Assembly (NCBI GenBank): GCA_963740315.1
Contig: CAVUDP010000002.1
Location: forward strand, 704,001-768,000
Direction of reading: 5' to 3'
Source: an uncultured cyanobacterium
GTDB taxonomy: Bacteria > Cyanobacteriota > Cyanobacteriia > Cyanobacteriales > Nostocaceae
DNA length: 64,000 nucleotides
The notes below the pieces were generated by a model that worked only from the letters and a program-made list of their open reading frames with translations, was not told the DNA's origin and did not search any database. Made by a program: the position numbers and the translations under genes. Position 1 is the first letter of the stretch, and each line of letters opens with the position of its first letter. Positions 1 through 10,136 of the stretch are shown one piece after another.

Positions 1-2
1 GA

Positions 3-95
3 CATTCGCTTTCGATGTTGCAAAAAATTGCTTCCGCGCTTAATAAACAAGTTAAAATTTCTCTGACACCAATAGAGGATGAGCAATATGTTTAA
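3..95 (+). CDS. 3' end of an XRE/HTH transcriptional regulator (partial, runs off window)
   Basis: Hand translation HSLSMLQKIASALNKQVKISLTPIEDEQYV*; the SL..LQKIA.AL pattern is typical of the last helix of HTH_3/XRE domains. Confidence 0.55.
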   Translation, partial: HSLSMLQKIASALNKQVKISLTPIEDEQYV

Positions 96-184
96 TTTCA
101 TTTGAATTCAAAACCCTTAAAATAGAAACTACCTCTCTTTTCTTTTCCTCTGCGCCCTCTGCGTACTCTGCGGTTTTATAATTA

Positions 185-1429
185 TTAATATGCTGGCGAA
201 TTTAATTTAAGTACCGCTTTCAATTCACTATGATAAGTATCCATCCCATTCCACAAAATCCCCGGCAACAAATCCCCAAAAGCATTAATCTCCAAAACAG
301 CGTGTTGCTGCCAATCTGGTAAAATCATCAAGTCAACTCCGCAATATAAACTATTAGGAAATAACCCCGCAGCTTGTTCGCAGGTGCTTGTCATTTTCTG
401 CCAATTCTCATCACCAACAAGAGCTAAAAATTCCTCTATATTTCCTCTTTCGTTACCCAAATGTAAGTTAGTCATCGGACTTTTCCCCAAACGAACAACT
501 GTATGCTGTGCTTCACCGTTAATAACCACAACTCGCAAATCAAAACCACATCCTTGTAACCTTGCTTTCGGCAGCCATTCCTCAACCTGTACTCCTTCCG
601 CTGTCAAAATGTTGATAATATCGGCGATTTCTTCGCGTTTTGTATAGTTACGAATTCTACGGGAATTATAAAGTAAAGTTGCCCCGTCTTCTCGCACTCT
701 TTCCACGGTGGTGATAGCGGATTCAAAGCGGGAATTAGCACGGTAAGCGATGACACCAGAAGCGCTCGAACCGTGAGATAATTTTACGAACACTCGTTGC
801 AAATCTTGAGCTTGCATTTGTTCGCGCAGGTGTTCGTAACTGTGGATTTTCCCCAAACTACGCGCTACGGGAACGTTGTTTTTGCTAAATATTTCGTGAC
901 ACCTTGGTTTGTCAAACATTACCGCAATATCACGGGGATGATTCATAACTTTATTCTCCCCTCTACTTAAACAAGGAGAGGAGTTGGGGGTGAGGTTATT
1001 CGTAAAATCAGGAAAAGAATTAGGGGTGAGGTTCAATTCCTGTTCCCATCGTTGCAACAAATTCCGCCATCCCAAATACCACTGTCGCGGGTAAAGAATC
1101 CGCCCCTTATCAAACTCCAACTTCGCAACTTCTTGACTACTAATTCGCTGATGAGTATTATTTTCTCCCCCCTCTACCCCCTCTCCCCCCTCTACCCCCT
1201 CTAATCCTTCCCCCGCAACAATAATCGCTTTATCAACCTCAAAGTTTTTTTCAGGAGAATCAAAGCGGATGATATTGTTGGGTTTGAATTGTTCGAGGTT
1301 TTGTTTACCTGTAATTAAGTCTGCATAGGAGATGACGGTTGCGGGTGGTAGGTTGAGGTTTGCAAGTGCTTGCTGGAGGAATCCGACGCGACGGTTTTCC
1401 GGGTTGGCTATGATGGTGAAGTTTTGCAT
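185..1429 (-). CDS. STM4014-family ATP-grasp protein
   Basis: N-terminal IIANPENRRV, VFVKLSHGSSASGV, FDLRVVVI, SPMTNLHLGN, GVDL..LEINAFGDLLP ATP-grasp motifs; downstream of STM4015-like genes; start placed at MQNF (1429). Confidence 0.8.
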   Translation of the reverse strand: MQNFTIIANPENRRVGFLQQALANLNLPPATVISYADLITGKQNLEQFKPNNIIRFDSPEKNFEVDKAIIVAGEGLEGVEGGEGVEGGENNTHQRISSQEVAKLEFDKGRILYPRQWYLGWRNLLQRWEQELNLTPNSFPDFTNNLTPNSSPCLSRGENKVMNHPRDIAVMFDKPRCHEIFSKNNVPVARSLGKIHSYEHLREQMQAQDLQRVFVKLSHGSSASGVIAYRANSRFESAITTVERVREDGATLLYNSRRIRNYTKREEIADIINILTAEGVQVEEWLPKARLQGCGFDLRVVVINGEAQHTVVRLGKSPMTNLHLGNERGNIEEFLALVGDENWQKMTSTCEQAAGLFPNSLYCGVDLMILPDWQQHAVLEINAFGDLLPGILWNGMDTYHSELKAVLKLNSPAY

Positions 1430-1448
1430 GGGGTTTTGATTTTTAATA

Positions 1449-2681
1449 TTACTCATGTAAAGCACAGTAACGAGATATACCTACTCCTCTATCAGCTATT
1501 TCTTCTTGATAATCTGCGATTAGCCAACAATCAAGAGGTGAAAATTGTTCAACTTGTTCGAGGAATTCTTCACTTATGCAATTATTAGAAACATCAAGAG
1601 TATGTAAATTAGAAATAGCCGGAACTCCAATTAAGTTTTCTAAACCTTCGTCTGTTAGATTTCCCATCGTTAAATCAAGCACTAAAAGATTATCAACTAT
1701 AGGAGATTCAGCCATGAAAGAAGATTCCATGATTGCTTCGGTGATAGCATCAGCGTATTCACAACTGCGTATTCCTAAATAGTTCAAATTTGGAAACGAT
1801 TCGCCAAAAAGAATCGGTTTCAAACTTTTTATAACGTTGTCGCAACTATTTTCAAAACATCTACCTATCCATAGCTCGAAATATTCTAAAGCTGGTAGAT
1901 TAAGCGAACACATTATCTGAATTGAAATATTGCTAATATCTCTCGTTTCAATAATCAACGTTTTTAAATTATTATGTCCTAACGCACCACTGTGTAATTC
2001 AGTACAGCAACCACGAAGGTGTAATACTTCTAAATTTGGAAAACTTGATAACAAAAAATTGATATCACCTATTCCTTGGTAAGATTTTCTAAATTGCTCT
2101 ATTTGCTCATCACCGACAAATAAAGCTTCTAAATTTTCTAATTCCTTCCGATGATTATAAATAAATTCAGCTAAATCATCATACTCTTCACTAACTTCGT
2201 AATAAACATTATAGTCTTGTAAATAACAAATTAAAGCTTCAACTTCATTGACTCTATCATCTTGTATTAAAAGCTTTAATTTCTCCAAATTCACAACATA
2301 AGCTTTATTCTCAGGATTCACAATCCCAATTTCAGAATCAAACTCTTCAACTTCCCAATCTTCCAACTTCGTAAAATACAAATAAGGATCGAATTCCAAC
2401 AGCGCTCGTTTTCCCTTTTCTCTTCCCCTTTCCTTCAACAATCTCACAGCAAAACTTTTTACCTGTAATGAATCATCTTCCAACGCTTCAATTACCAAAT
2501 CCAAACCCGCTTCCCCATAATTCAACGCATCCGAAAGCGCTTTAATTCGCACATCTACAATTTCACTTTCCAACCGTAACCGTCGCTTTACCCCTTCAAT
2601 TCCTCCCAACACAACACCCGTAACTGGAGGTGGTGTGTTTCCTCCTAAAACTGCGTCGAATTCTCTTGGTTGTTGTGACAT
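1449..2681 (-). CDS. STM4015-like leucine-rich-repeat protein with N-terminal HEAT-like module (paralog 3)
   Basis: LRR motifs (FPNLEVLHLRG, LPALEYFELWIG, LLVLDLTMGNLTDEG); N-terminal VLGGIEGVKRRL..ALNYGEAGLDLVIEAL; C-terminal RYCALHE. Confidence 0.75.
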   Translation of the reverse strand: MSQQPREFDAVLGGNTPPPVTGVVLGGIEGVKRRLRLESEIVDVRIKALSDALNYGEAGLDLVIEALEDDSLQVKSFAVRLLKERGREKGKRALLEFDPYLYFTKLEDWEVEEFDSEIGIVNPENKAYVVNLEKLKLLIQDDRVNEVEALICYLQDYNVYYEVSEEYDDLAEFIYNHRKELENLEALFVGDEQIEQFRKSYQGIGDINFLLSSFPNLEVLHLRGCCTELHSGALGHNNLKTLIIETRDISNISIQIMCSLNLPALEYFELWIGRCFENSCDNVIKSLKPILFGESFPNLNYLGIRSCEYADAITEAIMESSFMAESPIVDNLLVLDLTMGNLTDEGLENLIGVPAISNLHTLDVSNNCISEEFLEQVEQFSPLDCWLIADYQEEIADRGVGISRYCALHE

Positions 2682-2856
2682 AATGCTTTTGTTTTGATAA
2701 CTATATTAGGTTTCCCAAAAATCGATGCTTATTAACTGATGTTTTTAAAACTTATATTTTGCGTGTGGATTCATAATCCGCTTACGGTTGCAAACCAAAG
2801 TTGTTTAAGGTTTATAAATCAACATTCCAAAACGTTTTTCACTCAGTTATGCACAT

Positions 2857-4209
2857 TTATTCATATATAATATGGTGATGATAATCAGATAAAATGTGAT
2901 AACGATAGCTTGAATCCTTAGCTTGCATTTCTGTAATCACTCTACATTTTAAATTTGATAATTCTTTAACTACTTCCGAAGATAAAATATTCATCGATAC
3001 ATCAAGAGTATGAAGTTGATTAATGTTTGGACAATCTAAGAAAAAATCTGCTCCTTCATCAGTTAAATTCCCCATTGAAAGGTCAAGAACTACAAGATTA
3101 TCGAGTAAGGGTGAATGTACTATTAATTCTGCAATAGCATTAGAGTAGTTACAGCTACGCAATCCTAAATATTTAAGGTTAGGAAATGCTTTTCCTGTAA
3201 TGATTGGTAATAAATTGTTAAGAGCCGATTGTTTTATACTATTAAAATCGTCATCAGGATTTCTATCTTCATAATATTGCGGTTCATATTCTTCATCATT
3301 ACCTAGCCATAACTCAAGGTATTCTAGTGCTGGTAATTCAAGCTCGCAAATCTGGTCAATTATTTTGCTCTCTAACATATAACCAGTTTCAACAATTAAG
3401 GTTTGAAGACACTTATGTCGTAATGGAGTAAAAGATAAATAGTTTAAATCATATCCGAAACCACGAACTTGCAATGCTTCTAAGTTAGGATAAGCTTCTA
3501 AAATAGGACTCATATTACCTAAAATCACATTAGAAACATTGTATTCATAATCATGTTTATCTCCTATATACAAAGCTTTAATATTTTTTAATCTTTCTTT
3601 AGCATTTATTAAAGCATTAGCAACAAGCTTTTCAGAGGTTGGTCTTGCATATTTACATTGAAAAGCTTCTATATTGTTAAATTTAAAATCTTGCAGAATT
3701 TCAAGCAAGTCATCTAAAGTATTATCTTGATTTTCGATATCATAATATTTATAATATTGAAGATATTCAAATGCTTCATCTATATTATTTTCTTGTTCTC
3801 CGATACAACTGTTTGTAAAAGTATAAGCATTATCAATATTTTCATAGTCACTAAAATAATCGTCAATTTCTTGAAAATTATAATTATCTATTTTCGTAAA
3901 ATACAAATAAGGGTCAAATTTCAACAACCCTTGTTTACCTTTTTCACCTCCAAATTCTTTCAACAACCTCGAAGCAAAACCTTTTACCTGTAACGAATCA
4001 TCTTCCAACGCTTCAATCACCAAATCCAAACCCGCTTCCCCATAATTCAAAGCATCTCTAAGCGCTGCAATCCTGACATCATCATCTTCACTTTGCAACC
4101 GTCGTTTTACCCCTTCAATTCCTCCCAACACAACACCAGTTACCGGAGCCGGATTTTTACCACCTAAAACTACATCGAATTCTCTTGGTTGATTTTGATT
4201 GCTATTCAT
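2857..4209 (-). CDS. STM4015-like LRR protein with N-terminal HEAT-like module (paralog 2)
   Basis: N-terminus near-identical to 1449-2681; YPNLEALQVRG, LPALEYLELWLG, LDLSMGNLTDEG. Confidence 0.75.
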   Translation of the reverse strand: MNSNQNQPREFDVVLGGKNPAPVTGVVLGGIEGVKRRLQSEDDDVRIAALRDALNYGEAGLDLVIEALEDDSLQVKGFASRLLKEFGGEKGKQGLLKFDPYLYFTKIDNYNFQEIDDYFSDYENIDNAYTFTNSCIGEQENNIDEAFEYLQYYKYYDIENQDNTLDDLLEILQDFKFNNIEAFQCKYARPTSEKLVANALINAKERLKNIKALYIGDKHDYEYNVSNVILGNMSPILEAYPNLEALQVRGFGYDLNYLSFTPLRHKCLQTLIVETGYMLESKIIDQICELELPALEYLELWLGNDEEYEPQYYEDRNPDDDFNSIKQSALNNLLPIITGKAFPNLKYLGLRSCNYSNAIAELIVHSPLLDNLVVLDLSMGNLTDEGADFFLDCPNINQLHTLDVSMNILSSEVVKELSNLKCRVITEMQAKDSSYRYHILSDYHHHIIYE

Positions 4210-4268
4210 TTTTTTATTAATTGATATTTGTTTTAAAACTTTTGAAAAATTTGGCGTTGAGATTCACA

Positions 4269-4390
4269 CCCGCTTACGATTGCAAACCGCAAGCTAATAG
4301 CAGAAGTCCATTAAAATGGACTGGTTTATTTAAATTTTTCAGTCCTATTTATAGGACTTTCGCTGTTAGCCTTGGGTTTGCAACGATTCG
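4269..4390. repeat. Nested inverted-repeat intergenic element (related copy at ~46365-46520; partial at ~2778)
   Basis: gctaatagc-agaagtcc..ggact / agtcc..ggacttt-cgctgttagc, flanked by ttgcaaacc/ggtttgcaa. Confidence 0.65.
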
Positions 4391-4403
4391 GTGGTTTAGG
4401 TTT

Positions 4404-5663
4404 TCACTCAGCCACAGCACAATAACGATATTCATCATCATAATCACCATCTCTATTCTGCTTCTCTGCTAACAATTGACAATTAAGCGTAGACAAATCA
4501 TCAACCATTTCATCTGATAAACAACATTCGGAAACGTTGAGAATATCAAGCTCGTTTACCGCAGCACAATTAAGCAATAATTCTGCACCTTCATCGCTCA
4601 AATTTCCCAGCGATAAATCGAGTACGCTAATCGTTTCAATTAAAGAATAACTAACTACGGCTGCTGCAATATCATCCGCAAACTGACTGTTACGCAATCC
4701 TAAATAAGTCAAATCAGGAAATACTAAATCTTTAACAATTGGTTTTAAATTTACAACCGAACAATCTCCACCATAATTATCGCTACCAAACCATAATTCT
4801 AAATGCTCTAATGCAGGTAAATTCATGTTGCAAATTTGAGCAACTGTTTCGCTACTTAATCTCGCAGTTTCTACAATCAGCGCTTGTAAATTATTGTGTC
4901 TTACTGGCGCATTAAATCGTAACCCTTCTCCCCCGCGTATTTGCAATACTTCTAATTGAGGATAACCTCTTAAAATAGGACTTATATCAGTTTGTATAAT
5001 CCAAGCTATTTCGCTTTCTTGGTAATGAACATCGCCGAGAAAAACGGCTTTCAAATTAGTTAATTTATTTTTAGCTTTTACAAGTTCATTAACAATTTTG
5101 TCGTAACCTTCTGCAACATCTGAGTACCACGAACTAAAAATCAAAGCTTCTAATTTACTGGCTTGGGAATCTTCTAAAAGACTTGTAAGCTGTTCTTTTG
5201 TAGGAGGGCGATCGCCATCGTAATTCGATCGTAAAGCATAAGCTGTATTCTCAAAGTCTTTAATCCCAACTTCCACGCTGTAATCAACAACTTGACGATT
5301 AGCAAACCGCTCGGCGTGCTGTCCTTTATACCCAATATATCCCTGCAATCGCTCAAATAAATCCCAAGGCTGATATTCTCGCAACGCTTGCTTTACCCGT
5401 GCTTCTTCTCGCTTCCGCAATAACTTATAAGCATGACGCTGTAAAGTCTTCGGCTCCCACCGCAAAGCTTGAATTACCAACTCCAAGCCCGCATTGCCAT
5501 ACTTCAAAGCATCGGTAAGCGCGGCAAGTTTCACGTCTACTACTGGGTTTGATAACCTACGCTGCACACCCTCAATTCCACCTAACACCGCACTATGGAT
5601 CGGTGGTGGAGATTGTCCCCCTAACACAGCATCATACTTTCCTGGTTGATTTTGTTCTGCCAT
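4404..5663 (-). CDS. STM4015-like LRR protein with N-terminal HEAT-like module (paralog 1)
   Basis: ESEIAWIIQTDISPIL, YPQLEVLQIRGG, LPALEHLELWFG; C-terminal YRYCAVAE. Confidence 0.8.
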   Translation of the reverse strand: MAEQNQPGKYDAVLGGQSPPPIHSAVLGGIEGVQRRLSNPVVDVKLAALTDALKYGNAGLELVIQALRWEPKTLQRHAYKLLRKREEARVKQALREYQPWDLFERLQGYIGYKGQHAERFANRQVVDYSVEVGIKDFENTAYALRSNYDGDRPPTKEQLTSLLEDSQASKLEALIFSSWYSDVAEGYDKIVNELVKAKNKLTNLKAVFLGDVHYQESEIAWIIQTDISPILRGYPQLEVLQIRGGEGLRFNAPVRHNNLQALIVETARLSSETVAQICNMNLPALEHLELWFGSDNYGGDCSVVNLKPIVKDLVFPDLTYLGLRNSQFADDIAAAVVSYSLIETISVLDLSLGNLSDEGAELLLNCAAVNELDILNVSECCLSDEMVDDLSTLNCQLLAEKQNRDGDYDDEYRYCAVAE

Positions 5664-5847
5664 GACATCTTTTTAGAACTACTGCTATTAGATTTCCCAA
5701 AAATGGCGATCGCTTATACATCTGCCGACATTTTTACCCGTCACCATTTGTAATTTAATCCTAGAAAACATAATAGTACATTAGTTCTACAAAAGAAACC
5801 CCTAATGTTATCTGTATTTATTTACGACATTGGTTATCTGTATTTAT

Positions 5848-6408
5848 TTACGACATCTGAATCACACCACAAGCAACACGATTACCTGCATCACCGCTTG
5901 GCTGAGATTTCAAATCGTCTTCTCCTGAATGGACGATAACGGCTTTACCTACTATAGAGTTAGCGCCATCGAGACTAAGTAACTTATCAACTTGGTTGTA
6001 TTTAGCGTTACCGGAAGCGTCGGCGGTGATGTTGCCTAAATCGCCGACGTGGCGCTTGTCAGCAGCAGCATCGGGGGCACCGTGGGGACTGCCGTTTGGT
6101 GCATAATGACCGCCTGCGGAAGTGGCATCCGGGGCGCTACAATCACCTTTCTCGTGAATGTGGAATCCGTGTTTACCCGGTGATAAACCTGTGATATCGG
6201 CAACTACTTGTACCCCAGATGGTTCCGGTGTGAAGGTAACTTTGCCGCTAACATCATTTCCTTCTGTTGGCTGAAGATTAACGGCTGCAACTTTGCTCTG
6301 AGTATCGGTTGTTCCTCCCTCGGTGGCAGTTTCGGTTGTATTACAGCCCGCAGTTAAAACAGTGATGCTTAACAAAGCAATGATTAATTTATTTTGATAG
6401 ATGTTCAT
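5848..6408 (-). CDS. sodC: Cu/Zn superoxide dismutase, lipoprotein
   Basis: GKHGFHIHEKGDC, SAGGHY, HVGDLGNI, IVHSGEDD, GNRVACGVI; lipobox LTAGC. Confidence 0.92.
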   Translation of the reverse strand: MNIYQNKLIIALLSITVLTAGCNTTETATEGGTTDTQSKVAAVNLQPTEGNDVSGKVTFTPEPSGVQVVADITGLSPGKHGFHIHEKGDCSAPDATSAGGHYAPNGSPHGAPDAAADKRHVGDLGNITADASGNAKYNQVDKLLSLDGANSIVGKAVIVHSGEDDLKSQPSGDAGNRVACGVIQMS

Positions 6409-6624
6409 GACTAAATGTAAAGGATTAAAGGAAAACTCGAACTTAGTTTGCTGCCGATCGCTGAGTGTTAAATTAAAGATAGTATTTATTGGTAAAAATA
6501 ATCTTACCTTAATCGAAGTTTTACCCGTATTGTTCTCAAATTAGATAAAAAAAATGAATCAATTTAGAATAAGTCTCTCTTAGTGATAGGATGTTACCTC
6601 GATGTTTATTCTTTGAAATAAATC

Positions 6625-7137
6625 ATGGCTAAGAATACTCTTCGTAATTTGTTGATTGGTGCGGGAGTCGCTGCGGCTGGTGCAATTGGAACTAAAAAAG
6701 CTGTAGATTACTTCAAGAATCGTGGAAAAGAAGAAGCACCACCAGAAAGCGAACCTGATGCTGAAGCACCCGCAGAAGATGAGGTTGCTTTTGCTTCTGT
6801 TGAGGAAAGTTCGGTTCAAGGCTTTTTAGATTCAAGCTTTGGTGAGGCTGGGCGTTACGTTCCCAATCGAGCGCCGAAGATTTTTGAATATCAAGGCGAA
6901 CAGTACATGGTGATTTGGGCTTACGATAATAAGCAACAGAAAAATCAGATGATGGCTTTCAAGTATACCGATGCAGGTCGTAAGATGGTTGCGAGTGTTG
7001 GATATACGAATGACAAAACTGATTACAATCTCAGCTTAGATCCAACACCTTTCGCCGTTGAAGTAAATGGCAATAAGCTGCAATCCGGGCAGTCTACAAC
7101 AGATGGCACTAGTGATGTCGATTTTGTTCTAGCTTAA
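6625..7137 (+). CDS. Hypothetical protein with N-terminal hydrophobic anchor
   Basis: 170-aa ORF, LLIGAGVAAAGAIG segment, followed by a terminator. Confidence 0.75.
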   Translation: MAKNTLRNLLIGAGVAAAGAIGTKKAVDYFKNRGKEEAPPESEPDAEAPAEDEVAFASVEESSVQGFLDSSFGEAGRYVPNRAPKIFEYQGEQYMVIWAYDNKQQKNQMMAFKYTDAGRKMVASVGYTNDKTDYNLSLDPTPFAVEVNGNKLQSGQSTTDGTSDVDFVLA

Positions 7138-7165
7138 TTTAAAGCTAAAAATCAGATTTTTTAAT

Positions 7166-7194
7166 AAAGGGTTGCAGCAATTGCGCCCTTTTTT
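7166..7194 (+). terminator. Rho-independent terminator
   Basis: aaagggttgca..ttgcgccc hairpin followed by a T run. Confidence 0.6.
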
Positions 7195-7631
7195 ATGTTT
7201 GATTAAGAGTTCGGAAGAATAAAATTTCTATAAATCATTTCCAGGTAAATATTATGACCAATATCGTCTATAAATCATAGAGTCTTTATAAATATTTACT
7301 AACTCATCCTATCGTTAGAGAAATATTTGAAATATTCATTCTAAAGAAGGAGCAATTTTTGTAGTCTTAAGCGTTAACTTTTAATTAGTGAATAAAATTA
7401 TTTGTAAAAGTGTCAAGGGCTAGCGGTATCGAAGCTACTGTTGATACGGCTTAATTTACAGCAAACCACAGTTAAATATTACACGTAAATATTTTTACTT
7501 GTGAACTAAGCTACGTTTTTAACAACCATTAAGTTTCGCAAGCAATTATACCGTCTTCGTTTTGCCGTTTATCTGTTATTTACCTTTAACGCTTTTACTA
7601 ACCTCCGTAAATTAAAAAGAGAGAAGAACAC

Positions 7632-8084
7632 ATGGCTAACAATCCAATCGAAAATATCATTCCCAATCAACCTCCTGTCGATCAAAAGAAGTCCGATGCT
7701 CACGTGCTTAAGTCTCGTTTAGAGTGGGGTGAGCCTGCATTTACCATTATCGACGTGCGCGATCGCCCAACCTACAATGACGGTCACATCATGGGCGCGG
7801 TATCAATGCCGATGGATGGTTTAGGTAATACAGCAGCGGAAAGTTTAGCTAAAAGCCGCGATATCTACGTTTACGGTGCAAGCGATGCTGATACTACCCA
7901 AGCCGCACAAGCTTTAAGAACTTCGGGTTTTGAAAATGTATCCGAACTAAAAGGTGGACTTGCTGCATGGAAAGCGATCGGCGGTCCTACTGAAGGTATT
8001 GTAGAATCAAGAACTCCTGTTGGTAAAGATGATTATAACGTCGTCGATAGAATGAAAGACCAAGCAGCAAATATGGACAAGTAA
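7632..8084 (+). CDS. Rhodanese-like domain protein
   Basis: IIDVRDRPTYNDGHIMGA, LKGGLAAWK; no Cys at the usual active-loop position (IYVYG). Confidence 0.85.
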   Translation: MANNPIENIIPNQPPVDQKKSDAHVLKSRLEWGEPAFTIIDVRDRPTYNDGHIMGAVSMPMDGLGNTAAESLAKSRDIYVYGASDADTTQAAQALRTSGFENVSELKGGLAAWKAIGGPTEGIVESRTPVGKDDYNVVDRMKDQAANMDK

Positions 8085-8109
8085 GTCAATTTTGGATTTA
8101 TAACAAATT

Positions 8110-8135
8110 GTAGAGACGCGATATATCGCGTCTCT
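8110..8135. repeat. GTAG-type REP-like palindrome (similar at ~15960-15986, ~22416-22441, ~44648-44673)
   Basis: gtagagacgcgatatatcgcgtctct hairpin between convergent genes. Confidence 0.7.
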
Positions 8136-8204
8136 TTGCGATCTAAACGAACTTATCGAAATTAACCAAACAAGCCATTATCAAATCAACGGGGTTTGAA
8201 AGAT

Positions 8205-8834
8205 TCAATGCTCAAACAAACCGTTAAATTGCAACAAATCCAACTGTACTATTGTTGGTAAGCATTTAAAACAATCTTCGGCTAATTCCAATCTCTCCTC
8301 ACGTTCGAGCATATCTATCAATTTTCGCCGGATGCTGACTAGATAACGCACGTCGTTAGCAGCATAACTCAGTTGAGCATCGGATAAATTTTCTGCATTA
8401 CCCCAATCGGAAGATTGAGCGCTTTTATCAAGTTCCACCTGTTCCAATTGCTGTACCAATTCCTTCAGCCCATGTCTGTTTGTATAAGTACGAACTAATT
8501 TACTGGCAATCTTGGTACAGAAAACCGGATTTACCATGATGCCTAGATAATGACGTAACGTTGCCAAGTCAAAACGGGCAAAGTGAAATATTTTTACAAC
8601 ATTATCTGCTTCTAAGAGTTTTTTCATATTTGGGGCTGCGGTTTGGCCTTGTTCTATCCGCACAACCGTAACCTTACCCTTATCATCCCCTATCTGCACC
8701 AAACACAAACGATCGCGTAAAGGCAATAGTCCCATAGTTTCGGTATCTACAGCAATCGCCTCACACTTGAGATACTCCTGCATAGTCGCATCATCAAAAT
8801 CGCGATCGCAAACCTGAAAATCTTGTAATTCCAT
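8205..8834 (-). CDS. rnd: Ribonuclease D-like 3'-5' exonuclease
   Basis: AVDTETMGL, RDRLCLVQ, FHFARFD, SSDW, YAANDV (DEDDy motifs). Confidence 0.9.
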   Translation of the reverse strand: MELQDFQVCDRDFDDATMQEYLKCEAIAVDTETMGLLPLRDRLCLVQIGDDKGKVTVVRIEQGQTAAPNMKKLLEADNVVKIFHFARFDLATLRHYLGIMVNPVFCTKIASKLVRTYTNRHGLKELVQQLEQVELDKSAQSSDWGNAENLSDAQLSYAANDVRYLVSIRRKLIDMLEREERLELAEDCFKCLPTIVQLDLLQFNGLFEH

Positions 8835-8919
8835 GAATCCTTAAAAATCACTGTAGTGTTTGTCAGAGAAAATTCTTGTCAAACACTACTTTATTGTTTA
8901 AGAAAATAATAAATCAAAG

Positions 8920-9468
8920 TTATTGGCTAAGAATAAAAATTTGTGTAAGAAAATATTCGTCTTCACTATTAACAGCGACACCAACCCCAGTCATATTATA
9001 TTTACCCTTAATATTTTTGAGATGTCCCGGACTTTTAATCCAACCCGTTATCGCTTCCACGGCAGGATCGTCATATCCAGCGTTAAAAGCAACGTTTTCA
9101 GCCGCACTGTTGAATTTAATAGAGATGGTATCAACTCGCTTTGCAAAGCCGTTATGACTAAACGGTACGTGATGCTTAGCCATATTTTGACTGTGAATCC
9201 TCGCTTGCTTGGAAATTTTGGCATCCAGTTTCAGCTTCGGCAATTTTTTAGCAACTCGATATTGATTTATCTTGTCAAATATTGCCCTTTCTAATTCAGT
9301 AGTTTTTACAGTAGTAGATAGCTTAACCGGATGTGACGGAATTAACAACGGCTTCTTCACAGTCGGTTCGCTCGTTGACGTATGACCCGGTACGGGCTTT
9401 GTCGCCATCGCGCTAGCTAAAACAAGTGTCGTGAAAGCAATGCCAAGAAAAGTTCGGCTCATGGACAA
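8920..9468 (-). CDS. CAP/SCP domain secreted protein
   Basis: Signal peptide; INQYR, ARIHSQNMA, AAENVA, WIKSPGHLKNI, GVGVA, FLTQIF. Confidence 0.9.
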   Translation of the reverse strand: MSMSRTFLGIAFTTLVLASAMATKPVPGHTSTSEPTVKKPLLIPSHPVKLSTTVKTTELERAIFDKINQYRVAKKLPKLKLDAKISKQARIHSQNMAKHHVPFSHNGFAKRVDTISIKFNSAAENVAFNAGYDDPAVEAITGWIKSPGHLKNIKGKYNMTGVGVAVNSEDEYFLTQIFILSQ

Positions 9469-10136
9469 TTACATAGTTTATAGGCTCTTGAGACGCTAAC
9501 CAAGGTTTTTTGGTTTCTTTAGATACCCGTGTAAAAATAAGTGTTTTATTATTTAAAGAATCTTTGCACATCCTTCCCTAGCCGTCAAGACTAGCTAATT
9601 CAAGCAATTTTGATATTATTTTTAGATTAAGCGATTCCAAATTATAAATGAAGATTTTAAAAAGTTTTAACTTATCTCAGCAATTATTCCGACTCAGTAT
9701 CACAGCTATCAATTCAATCGAGGAATAAGTGTTAAGTCGGAAAATATATTTCTTAAAGTTACAAATAATACTGTTTTTTAAATAAAAATAAATTTGATAT
9801 TAAGTAAAAAGAATTCTCAGTATAGTAGCTATGTATTGAAAAGTTAAATAGTAAATTGTCGCACTATAGCAGATGAACCCAGCTAACCATTTTTGAAAAA
9901 GTTATATTGATATCACAAATTATTGCTCTGTGCATCCTATACTCTTGAATATTTCTTAATTCTTAAGATATAAAATAATTCATCCTGGCGATAGTTGTGG
10001 CTTTACAAACTTTCTAAAAAACGCGAAAAAGTTTACATATCTATATAAATCAATTAAATTTAAACTGATAAACGATATACAAAAATTAATTCCCTTAAAG
10101 AGATTAAATAAATATAAGCCTTGCATAGACTAATAA

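Noticed and set aside
5807..5856. 24-bp direct repeat covering the sodC stop codon as an att site or TSD
   Set aside because: Copies are 2 nt apart with nothing between them; simple local duplication
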